Assembly: GCA_902634765.1 (NCBI GenBank) | Contig: CACPLH010000005.1 | Location: 10,015 to 74,014 of the forward strand | Length of the DNA: 64,000 nucleotides | Reading direction: 5' to 3' | Source: an uncultured Pelagibacteraceae bacterium | GTDB lineage: Bacteria > Pseudomonadota > Alphaproteobacteria > Pelagibacterales > AG-422-B15 | Shown here: positions 28,429-37,335 of the stretch, piece by piece | How the letters are laid out: each line of letters opens with the position of its first letter | How positions within the stretch are numbered: position 1 is the first letter of the stretch | Program-made: the position numbers and the translations under genes | Notes under the pieces: generated by a model | Told to the model about the DNA's origin: nothing | Seen by the model: the letters and a program-made list of their open reading frames with translations, nothing else | Databases searched by the model: none

Positions 28429-30089
28429 TGTTAAAAAAAATCTTTTTTGGCATTGCATTATTAATTCTCATTTCAGCTACACTTTGGATTTACCGAGTTG
28501 AAGTTGTGGTGTGGGCAATTCCAAAGATACTTAAATTCACAGAACCAGTAGCAGAATATAAAGAAGTGGTGTGGCCCGAAGGTCCATCAGCTCCTGAACT
28601 CCCGTTGCAAGATAGAAAACCAAACATTATTCTCATTCTAGCTGATGATTTGGGGTTTAATGATGTTTCTCTATACAATGGAGGAGCAGGTGACGGAACT
28701 CTCATGACACCTAACATTGATAGAATTGGAAAAGAAGGTGTTCAATTCAATAATGGATATGCAGCAAGCGCAAGCTGTTCGCCATCCCGCGCATCTCTTA
28801 TGACAGGTCGATATGCTACGAGGTTTGGCTATGAATTTACTCCTTTTTATTCTATTGGACGAACAATTTTTAAATGGATGGATGAAATTGAAAATCCTCT
28901 CATAAGGACTCAATTTGCTGAGGTTTCTGAAGAAAATTTTATTGGAGATGAAGGATATGCAGGGATGCCATCCAGTGAAATAACAATTGCTGAAGTTTTA
29001 AAACAACAAGGATATTATAATGCTCACATCGGTAAGTGGCATTTGGGTGATACGAAAGGACAGCTGCCAACTGACCAAGGCTTTGATGATAGCTTACAGT
29101 TATTAAGTCCTCTCTATCTTCCTAAAGATGATCCAAATGTTGTCAACGCACATACAGATGCAGGAGTTGATCGAATGGTTTGGGCCGCCTCTCAGTTTTC
29201 AGTAAGGTTTAATGGAGGTGAGTCATATGAGCCTGGAGGTTATATAACTGATTTTTATACTGATGAAGCTCTTAAAGTTATTAAAAATAATAAAAATAGA
29301 CCTTTCTTTCTCTATTTAGGGCACTTTGCTCCTCATAATCCTCTTCAAGCATTAAAAAAAGATTACGATCATTTTCATCATCTATCAAAAGAAGATGATC
29401 ATGGACTTAGAGTTTATTCTGCAATGATTAGATCATTAGATCGCAGTGTTGGAAAAGTACTTAATGCTCTTGAGGAATATAATCTTTCTGAAAATACCTT
29501 AATTATATTTTCAAGCGATAACGGAGGTGCAAATTATATTCATCTCTCTGATATTAATAAGCCTTATCGAGGTTGGAAGTTAAACCATTTTGAGGGAGGA
29601 TTGCACATACCATTCATGGCAAAATGGCCTACTGAAATAAAACCAGGAACTATTTTTGATCATCCAATACATCAGAATGATATTTTTAGCACATTCGCAG
29701 CAGCAGCTGGCGCATCCATTCCTGATGATAGAATTATAGATGGTAAAAATATCATACCCTATATAAAGGAAAATAAACCTCCTCACGAAACTCTTTTTTG
29801 GAGATCAGGAAGACTTCAAACTGTTTTGCACGATGAATGGAAAATGATTGTCGATAAAAACCAAAATAAAAAATGGCTTTTTGATTTGAGCAATGACCCA
29901 ACCGAGAGGAATAATTTAGTAGCTCAGATGTCAGAGAAAGTAGAATTATTAGAAAAAATACTTGAAGAGCATAACAGTCAACAAGTTGAACCAAATTTTA
30001 TGAGTGTTATTGCAACTCCTGTTCGTTTAGACAAACATGATGGAGAGGAATGGACAGAAGACGATGAATATACGTTTTGGGATAATTGA
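28428..30089 (+). CDS. Formylglycine-dependent sulfatase (Cys-type)
   Basis: PNIILILADDLG; CSPSRASLMTG; GKWHLG; SSDNGG. Confidence 0.92.
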   Translation: MLKKIFFGIALLILISATLWIYRVEVVVWAIPKILKFTEPVAEYKEVVWPEGPSAPELPLQDRKPNIILILADDLGFNDVSLYNGGAGDGTLMTPNIDRIGKEGVQFNNGYAASASCSPSRASLMTGRYATRFGYEFTPFYSIGRTIFKWMDEIENPLIRTQFAEVSEENFIGDEGYAGMPSSEITIAEVLKQQGYYNAHIGKWHLGDTKGQLPTDQGFDDSLQLLSPLYLPKDDPNVVNAHTDAGVDRMVWAASQFSVRFNGGESYEPGGYITDFYTDEALKVIKNNKNRPFFLYLGHFAPHNPLQALKKDYDHFHHLSKEDDHGLRVYSAMIRSLDRSVGKVLNALEEYNLSENTLIIFSSDNGGANYIHLSDINKPYRGWKLNHFEGGLHIPFMAKWPTEIKPGTIFDHPIHQNDIFSTFAAAAGASIPDDRIIDGKNIIPYIKENKPPHETLFWRSGRLQTVLHDEWKMIVDKNQNKKWLFDLSNDPTERNNLVAQMSEKVELLEKILEEHNSQQVEPNFMSVIATPVRLDKHDGEEWTEDDEYTFWDN

Positions 30090-30107
30090 TTTAATTAATT
30101 ACCCTTG

Positions 30108-31205
30108 TTAAAATGAAAAAGCGGGCTGATCATTTGTATGACAATGTACACCCCCACCGGCAGCCCAGGAACTTAACATTTCTATTATATACACGTCACG
30201 GTTAGGAAAATAACTCTCAATACGAGATTTCGCTTTAGCATCTGTTATAGGGTTCCCAAAGCCTGGGGCAATTACAAACCCATTTCCCACCAACCAATTC
30301 ATATAATTTGTATCAAATTTTTGATTATTATATTGAACAAAGCCTTCAATAGGTTCTCTTATGACATTGAACCCTGCTTCCTCTATTATTTTTGCTGCAT
30401 TATCATAAATCTTGGCATCTTTACTATTGGGTCGGCATAATGAATTAGATGTACATTGAACTACAACAACAGTTCTTGTTTCAATAAATCGAGCAATACC
30501 ATCTATATGACCTTTAGTTAGATCACCATCTGGAATTCCCTCTATGAAAATTACGTTTGAAATGCCAAAATATTTCTTCAAATCGTACTCGGCTTGCATT
30601 TTATCATAATTAATATTTCGGCTTGGATCTCCTAGTGTGCTCCAATTTAGCATGACTGTGTCTAATCCATTAAATTCTAAGTTGCCTCGTTCATGCACAA
30701 TATCCACATAATCAACAGGCATTTCAAGAATTCTTCCTACTTCAACAGGGACTAAATTATCTAAATTAAAAGGAACATCCGATCCAAAGGCTCCACCCCA
30801 TGCATCGAAATTCCAATTCTGAATTCTTAACTCATTATTCTCTAAAACGTAAACAGGTCCATTGTCCCTCATCCATGCGTTATCATTAGGTACTTCATAC
30901 CAATTAATATTATTATTAGGGTCTGCGCCAATATCACTTATTGCTTTGCGTGCATCGTCAAAAATTTTTTCTGTGCCATATAGAATATGAAGTTTTTCAT
31001 AGCGAGAAATAATTTCAGACATCTTTGCAAAAGTAGGTTCATAAGCCTTTTCCCAATGACCAGGCCATTGCATCCAAATTGCTTCTTGTGGTTCCCACTC
31101 AGCTGGAACGCGCTTCAAAGAATTATTAGTTTCATTTGAATGCACATTTATACCCAATGTTAAAAATAGAAATAATGTTAAAAAAATACAAATTTTACTT
31201 TTCAA
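30108..31205 (-). CDS. Agmatine/peptidylarginine deiminase family protein with signal peptide
   Basis: PAEWEPQ, WMRDNGP, GHIDG and GGGVHC (catalytic Cys) motifs; hydrophobic N-terminal leader. Confidence 0.85.
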   Translation of the reverse strand: MKSKICIFLTLFLFLTLGINVHSNETNNSLKRVPAEWEPQEAIWMQWPGHWEKAYEPTFAKMSEIISRYEKLHILYGTEKIFDDARKAISDIGADPNNNINWYEVPNDNAWMRDNGPVYVLENNELRIQNWNFDAWGGAFGSDVPFNLDNLVPVEVGRILEMPVDYVDIVHERGNLEFNGLDTVMLNWSTLGDPSRNINYDKMQAEYDLKKYFGISNVIFIEGIPDGDLTKGHIDGIARFIETRTVVVVQCTSNSLCRPNSKDAKIYDNAAKIIEEAGFNVIREPIEGFVQYNNQKFDTNYMNWLVGNGFVIAPGFGNPITDAKAKSRIESYFPNRDVYIIEMLSSWAAGGGVHCHTNDQPAFSF

Positions 31206-31209
31206 TTTT

Positions 31210-33618
31210 TTATTGTCTTAAATTTTTGCCTGACTCATCATAACAAGGTTTATCAATAATTGAAGCGTTATAAAAATCTCCATTAATTTCTACTTGTAAG
31301 ACTTCTTCAGTTTTCAACAAATCATTATTCAAATATGCAAAGGCAATACTTTTTTGTACATAGTGACCAAAGCCTCCAGATGTTACATAGCCAATACAAA
31401 TATCATTCTGCATAACAGCTTCATTGTTAGTCACATCAATGTCATCAGTTTCAATTACTAAAGAAAATAACCTGTGATTGCTGTCATCTTTATCTGCAGC
31501 ATCCTTGCCAATAAAATCTTTATCCCAATTTATGAATGAAGAAAGGCCTGTCTCTTTTGAAGTAAAATCAGATCTAAAATCAAGTGTCCATGCGCCCCAG
31601 TTTTTTTCAAGCCTCATTGACATTAAAGCTCTTCCTCCAAAAGGTTTTATGTTGAATTGTTGCCCCGCTTCTTCAATGGCCTCGTACAACTTGAGCTGAT
31701 AGTGTGGTGCTACATACATTTCATATCCCAGTTCTCCAGTAAATGATAACCGATTAACTAATGCAGGAACACCAGCAACAAATATTTGTCTCGAGTCTCT
31801 AAATTTAAATGTCTCATTTGAAACATCTTCTCTAACTAATAATTGTAGTAAATCTCTTGATTTTGGACCTGAAATAGCAAGGCCATGATAATCGTCAGAT
31901 CTATTTGTATAATCAACTTCATATTGATCTAAGTTTTGTTCAAACCATCGTCGATGTGCCTCCTGTGCAGCGCCAGAACCATAAACCATAAAATGATCTT
32001 CACTAAGACATGAAACAGTAAGGTCTCCATATAGTTTGCCTTTTTTAGATAACATTGGACTTAAAGCTATACGCCCTACTTTTGGTATTCTACCTGCCAA
32101 AATATAGTCTAAAAATTTTCTTGAATCTTTGCCCTTAAATTCATGTTTAGAAAAATTAGCTATTTCTGTTACTCCAACATTTTCTCTTACATTCTTAACT
32201 TCATTTGAAACATACTTATGGGAACGGGAACGTTTAATAGTTGGATCCTCATATGCATCTTCAGGATTATCGGCAAACCAAAGAACATTTTCGAGTCCGA
32301 AGCTGTCACCCATAACTGCACCCATGTTAACAAAACGATCATATAAAGCTGTCGTCTTTTGTTTTCTCCCTTTTGGCAACGTTTCATTTGGAAATGTCAT
32401 AATGAACCTTCGTTCATAATTTTCAGATGATTTAACTGTTCCATAATGTGGAGAGGCATAATCACCAAACCGTGCAACATCCATTGCCCAAACATCTATA
32501 GAAGGCTCGCCATCAATAATCCATTCTGCAATACATTTACCCACACCTCCTCCTTGACAAAATCCAGCCATAACGCCAACTGCTACCCAATAATTTTTCA
32601 TACCTGGAACTGGCCCAATTAAAGGACTTCCATCAGGGCCAAATGTAAAAGGACCATTAATAATATTTTTAATTCCTGCTTTTTCCAAAGCTGGCATTCT
32701 CTCAAAACCGATAGCTAATCGATCTTGAATATTTTCTAACTTTGGCTCTAACAGTTCATGCCCAAAGTCCAGAGGAGTTCCTTCCACTTTCCATGGTGTT
32801 GACTTAGGTTCATATGTACCAAGCAACATACCTTGCCCTTCTTGTCTAAAATAAATATTTCCATCAAAATCAGTTCCAATTGGCAGTCTTGATCCCTGGG
32901 GCATCTCAGCTATTTCTGGAATTGTATCAGTAATTAAATAATGATGTTCCATTGGTTGTACAGGCAAATTTAATCCTGCAAGTTTTCCAACTTCTCTTGC
33001 CCAGAGTCCTCCAGCATTAATAACAATTTCTGCATGAATATTTCCCTTATCAGTAAATACATCCCATGTTCCATCTTCTCTTTGCTTAGTATCCTTAACT
33101 TCAGTATTTGTATGGTAGTTAGCTCCATGAACTTTTGCAGATTTTGCAAATGCATATGTAACACCCGATGGATCTACTTCTCCATCGATTGGATCCCATA
33201 AAGCTGAAATATATTTTTTTGGATCAATAAGAGGATTCTTTTTTGCAACCTCTTCCAATGAAATAAACTCCTGATCAAGACCCATATATCTAGCTTTTGT
33301 TCTCTCTCTTTTCAGATAGTCAGACCAAACTTCATTTGATGCTAAATAAAATCCTCCGCTTGGTTTAAATCCAACTGAATGACCTGATGTCTCCTCAATT
33401 TCCTTATACAAGTTTATTGTATAGGCCATTAGTCTGGATATGTTTGGATCTGAAGAAATAACATGGACGTTTCCTGCGGCATGCCAAGAAGATCCTGCTG
33501 TTAATTCTTTTCGTTCTAGAAGAACGCAGTCCTTCATCCCAAACTTTGCTAAATGAAAAAGAATGGAGCATCCTACAACTCCCCCACCGATTACAACAAC
33601 TTTGGCGTGAGTCTGCAT
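31210..33618 (-). CDS. Dimethylglycine dehydrogenase-like flavoprotein (DAO + GcvT domains)
   Basis: GGGVVG; TAGSSWHAAG with the covalent-FAD His; C-terminal GcvT SFTGELGYE; follows bhmT. Confidence 0.85.
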   Translation of the reverse strand: MQTHAKVVVIGGGVVGCSILFHLAKFGMKDCVLLERKELTAGSSWHAAGNVHVISSDPNISRLMAYTINLYKEIEETSGHSVGFKPSGGFYLASNEVWSDYLKRERTKARYMGLDQEFISLEEVAKKNPLIDPKKYISALWDPIDGEVDPSGVTYAFAKSAKVHGANYHTNTEVKDTKQREDGTWDVFTDKGNIHAEIVINAGGLWAREVGKLAGLNLPVQPMEHHYLITDTIPEIAEMPQGSRLPIGTDFDGNIYFRQEGQGMLLGTYEPKSTPWKVEGTPLDFGHELLEPKLENIQDRLAIGFERMPALEKAGIKNIINGPFTFGPDGSPLIGPVPGMKNYWVAVGVMAGFCQGGGVGKCIAEWIIDGEPSIDVWAMDVARFGDYASPHYGTVKSSENYERRFIMTFPNETLPKGRKQKTTALYDRFVNMGAVMGDSFGLENVLWFADNPEDAYEDPTIKRSRSHKYVSNEVKNVRENVGVTEIANFSKHEFKGKDSRKFLDYILAGRIPKVGRIALSPMLSKKGKLYGDLTVSCLSEDHFMVYGSGAAQEAHRRWFEQNLDQYEVDYTNRSDDYHGLAISGPKSRDLLQLLVREDVSNETFKFRDSRQIFVAGVPALVNRLSFTGELGYEMYVAPHYQLKLYEAIEEAGQQFNIKPFGGRALMSMRLEKNWGAWTLDFRSDFTSKETGLSSFINWDKDFIGKDAADKDDSNHRLFSLVIETDDIDVTNNEAVMQNDICIGYVTSGGFGHYVQKSIAFAYLNNDLLKTEEVLQVEINGDFYNASIIDKPCYDESGKNLRQ

Positions 33619-33620
33619 TC

Positions 33621-34661
33621 TTAAGGTGTAAATTCTTTATTTACCCGCTTAAGAGTTTCGTCTGTTCCATGATGAAAATGTTTTCTCATGTCCGGCATAT
33701 ATTTCATCGAAATTGGTTTCTTGCCCACAGCTACTGACATTTCTCTCACGTGATGTGCTTCAGCGCCACAGCAAATTCCAATGAAGTTTATATTTTTTTC
33801 CATACAGTCTGTTGCAAATTTAGCCATCTCAAAACGATTGCATAATAGATTATCCAAGGCTACAGGAAATGCATTGTCACCAGGAATACAGTTACATCCA
33901 TCATCTGAAATATTTAAAAAACCAGGTTCTTCTTCTGTAGTCCGATAAGGTACTGGCAATCCAGCAACATGACAGGATACTTTATCTCTTACTTTGTTTA
34001 AAAGTTTCATGGTCATGTCAGGTCCTCTATAACAGTTTAAACCAACTACATCTGCACCTAAATCTTCCATCATCTTACAAGCATCTTCAGGTGTATGTCC
34101 TTCTCTTGTTTTATCTCCCCTTGGTATCGCAAAATTTGCAACCGCAATCATTCCTTCATCTTTGATTGCTTTAAGTGCAATTTTCATTTCTTCAGTCCAG
34201 TTAATTGTCTCAGCAACTATAAAATCAACTCCTGCTTCCTTTGCCCACGCCACTTGTTCTTCATACATTTTTTGGCATTCAATAATTGATTGCTTATCAT
34301 TTGGGTCATAAATATTTGTATTTGCGACATCTCCACAAACCATAAGATCTAGATCCTTGTATTCATTGGCAGCGTCTTTAGCAATTTGTAGAGCATTTTT
34401 TTGTAAAGACTCCAATAAATGTTCTTTCCCTATGATTCGTAATTTTTCTCTATGGCCATAATAAGTAAAAGCTTGAACGACATCAGATCCCGCTCTAATA
34501 AATTCTCTATGCAATTGTGTCACAACTTCTGGATGCTCTAAAACGACTTCTGGAACAAAAGCACCGGCGGATAAATATCCTCTTCGTTCCATTGCAAATA
34601 GATAGCCCTCAGCACAAATGATTGGGCCTTCATTTAATCTGGTAATCAGATCTTTTTTCAT
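33621..34661 (-). CDS. bhmT: Betaine-homocysteine S-methyltransferase
   Basis: AEGYLFAMERRGY, HREFIRAGSDVVQAFTYY; Zn ligands in GLNC and GICCG. Confidence 0.87.
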   Translation of the reverse strand: MKKDLITRLNEGPIICAEGYLFAMERRGYLSAGAFVPEVVLEHPEVVTQLHREFIRAGSDVVQAFTYYGHREKLRIIGKEHLLESLQKNALQIAKDAANEYKDLDLMVCGDVANTNIYDPNDKQSIIECQKMYEEQVAWAKEAGVDFIVAETINWTEEMKIALKAIKDEGMIAVANFAIPRGDKTREGHTPEDACKMMEDLGADVVGLNCYRGPDMTMKLLNKVRDKVSCHVAGLPVPYRTTEEEPGFLNISDDGCNCIPGDNAFPVALDNLLCNRFEMAKFATDCMEKNINFIGICCGAEAHHVREMSVAVGKKPISMKYMPDMRKHFHHGTDETLKRVNKEFTP

Positions 34662-34772
34662 GACAGTTACCTCTTAAACTATTCAGATTATAAATAAAAA
34701 TTATACCTAATTTAATATTCTGTCGAATTAAAAAATAACAAGGTTATTTGTTTTTGTAATATATACGGACTT

Positions 34773-36113
34773 CTATTTTGAAAACAGTCGCTCGTCGAGC
34801 GGATAAGTAGAAATTGTTTCGTAGCCATTGTTTGTGACGACACCCTGATCCTCAAGCTTGATCATGTGGTCTCCATTAATTTCACCTACCAGAGCCTCTA
34901 CACAAAGAGTCAAGCCCGGTTCAAGAACAGCGTCGAAAGCATTCTTAACCAAGCGGTCTGGGTAAGCGATCATAGGCCATTCGTCACACATCCCGACACC
35001 ATGTATAGGCGATGAATACTTGAGCGCCTGATACTTGTCCTGCAACACGTGCAAAGAACGAGTCAAGTCTTCCATGTGGAGACCGGGCTTTAGAAGTTTT
35101 GTGTTATAGCGAATGTGTTCAACTGCCTCTGCATAACTCTCGCGCATATTAGCTGGTGCTAAACTGTCGCCAATCCACCAGGTACGACTGAGATCTGCAC
35201 AAATCCCATAAGGACCGATCAAATCAGTATCGAAAGCAAGAATTTCATTCTCGGATATGATCCTTGGCCCACATTCTTGAAACCATGGGTTGGTGCGTGG
35301 CCCCGAAGTAAGCAGTCGCGTCTCAATCCACTCGCCACCCCTTTTAATATTCTCTGCATGGAGCACTGCCCAAACATCATCCTCTGTCACACCACCTTTT
35401 GAAATTTCTGTGCGTGCAAATTCCTCCATAACTGCCATCGAGCGTTCACAAGAATAAATAGAGCAGCGCATGGCTCGTAATTCATGCTCGGTCTTTATAG
35501 CTCGTGCGCGTTCTGTCACTTCCTCACCGTCACGATACTCAAGCCCCGCTCGGCGGACCGCGTCTAAACCTGCAGGCTGAATTTTGTCTATACCGACTTG
35601 TGTACAACCTGGAGCGTGAGTAGTAAGCAGGTCTAATACTTCAGCTGCGAAAGAGTCAGCTGCTGGCCCGATCCGATCACCTCGAGCGAAGTAAAACATA
35701 TCCGCTCCTGAGCGACTTTCTCGAACGAGTGGATTATATTGGGCAAGAAACGGTGCATTCTTATAATCCCAGAGTACCATATATCCGTCAGCGCAGAGTA
35801 AACAAGCCCTGAACGGATTGTGGGTGTTCCACAATTGCATATTTGTCGTGTCGGTTGCATAACGAATGTTAAGGGGATCAAACATCAATAACCCTCCATA
35901 ACCGCGAGCTACAATTGCATCAGTTAGGCGCTTATGCCTGGCTTTACGCACCTCATTTAAATCCGGCAATGCCAGCCCTGCGTCTTGCCACTCTGCATAG
36001 GCAAGTGCAGTTGGCCCAATTTCGACACGGTCACCGTCATTGACTGTTCCATCGCCAAGACGCATCCCCTGGTTTGGATCGATCTTACGATTATCACTAT
36101 AGTGAATATTCAT
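34773..36113 (-). CDS. dddP: DMSP lyase DddP (M24 fold)
   Basis: N-terminus MNIHYSDNRKIDP...EIGPT; FDPLNIRYATD, GGEWIETRLL, DTDLIG...D.SRT, HGVGMCDEWP, KLEDQ; start at ATG 36113; GC well above the flanks. Confidence 0.9.
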   Translation of the reverse strand: MNIHYSDNRKIDPNQGMRLGDGTVNDGDRVEIGPTALAYAEWQDAGLALPDLNEVRKARHKRLTDAIVARGYGGLLMFDPLNIRYATDTTNMQLWNTHNPFRACLLCADGYMVLWDYKNAPFLAQYNPLVRESRSGADMFYFARGDRIGPAADSFAAEVLDLLTTHAPGCTQVGIDKIQPAGLDAVRRAGLEYRDGEEVTERARAIKTEHELRAMRCSIYSCERSMAVMEEFARTEISKGGVTEDDVWAVLHAENIKRGGEWIETRLLTSGPRTNPWFQECGPRIISENEILAFDTDLIGPYGICADLSRTWWIGDSLAPANMRESYAEAVEHIRYNTKLLKPGLHMEDLTRSLHVLQDKYQALKYSSPIHGVGMCDEWPMIAYPDRLVKNAFDAVLEPGLTLCVEALVGEINGDHMIKLEDQGVVTNNGYETISTYPLDERLFSK

Positions 36114-36126
36114 ATCTGCTAATTTG

Positions 36127-37326
36127 TTAGAAGGCATTAGATTTAGCGGTTAAATTATCTGCAACCCATTTATGAAATAGGTGTGTTGGACTATCCATAA
36201 TAGGAGAAAAATTTCCACCATTATAAACTGGAGATTTTCTACCTTTTTGCATTCCCTCGATAGCGCTAACATCTTCATTCATAACTTGCTGCCAGAATAT
36301 GAAATTCTTTTCTCTTAGTTCTTCATATTCATCACTGCATGCACTTTCCTGACCAACATAATACATTTCAAAATGTTCTTTAGTTTGCGTCATTGATATT
36401 GGTTCAAGCCAAAATGCAAAAAAATGATCTACATGAATTCCCAGCATTAAGTTAGGAAATAGTGAAACGTATTCCGAATTTTCATATAAATTATTGGGCC
36501 AATTTGGAAATGTAGAAAATTTTTTATTTCCATCAAATTGCTGAGAATATTTTTTACTACCTTGTCCTGAAAATGTCATATTTTCATCCTCAATATGGTA
36601 GTGATCCTCAATATTTGAAACACGATTTAACTCTGGATGAATAGTTGGCAGATGATAACTCTCACAGTAGTTTTCAATTGCAAATTTCCAATTACTGTTC
36701 ACACACATTTGAAAATTGCCAAAGTTTTTAGCACGATGAATTAATTTTTGATCATCATTAGTTATGAACTTTGACCACCGATCTTCAATTGGTTTTATAT
36801 GTTGATTGAAACTTTTTGCATTAGAATTAATATTGACAAATATTAAATCCATCCAAACATTGGATCGAACTTCTTTCAAATTATTACGACTTTTATCAAA
36901 GCTTTCGAGTTTATGCTGATTCAATCCTCCGATATGTGGTGTTCTTTCAAGTTCTCCATTAAAATTATATGACCACGAATGATAAGGGCACACTATGAAG
37001 TTTTTTTGTTTACAGGGTTTATCAATTAGTTTGTGACCTCTATGACTACACACATTATGAAATACTTTTATTTTTTGATTTTTGTCCCTAACAACAATTA
37101 ATGGAATACCTAGCAAGTCAAATGGGATTGTGTCACCAGCTTCAGGAACAGAGCTAGCTGTTCCAATAACTGTCCAGCTACTAGCAAAAACGTTATCCCT
37201 TTCAAATTCTAAATATTCTTCACTTATATAACATTCATTTGGAAGGCCATGAGCTTGATTAATCTCACTCTTGACCACTTCAATTTTATCTAATGATAGA
37301 ATTTCTGATAAATTTTTTTTAGACAT
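36127..37326 (-). CDS. Rieske non-heme iron oxygenase alpha subunit (quaternary-amine group)
   Basis: CSHRG and CPYHSW Rieske motifs; NWKFAIENYCESYHLPTIH; ED...IEGMQKG. Confidence 0.87.
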   Translation of the reverse strand: MSKKNLSEILSLDKIEVVKSEINQAHGLPNECYISEEYLEFERDNVFASSWTVIGTASSVPEAGDTIPFDLLGIPLIVVRDKNQKIKVFHNVCSHRGHKLIDKPCKQKNFIVCPYHSWSYNFNGELERTPHIGGLNQHKLESFDKSRNNLKEVRSNVWMDLIFVNINSNAKSFNQHIKPIEDRWSKFITNDDQKLIHRAKNFGNFQMCVNSNWKFAIENYCESYHLPTIHPELNRVSNIEDHYHIEDENMTFSGQGSKKYSQQFDGNKKFSTFPNWPNNLYENSEYVSLFPNLMLGIHVDHFFAFWLEPISMTQTKEHFEMYYVGQESACSDEYEELREKNFIFWQQVMNEDVSAIEGMQKGRKSPVYNGGNFSPIMDSPTHLFHKWVADNLTAKSNAF

Positions 37327-37335
37327 TTATTTAGC

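Noticed and set aside
34662-34772. SAM-II/SAM-V riboswitch upstream of bhmT, as known in Pelagibacter
   Set aside because: The region is very AT-rich and shows no SAM-II/V core; only a TATAAT promoter-like element and an RBS (AAGAGGT) are visible
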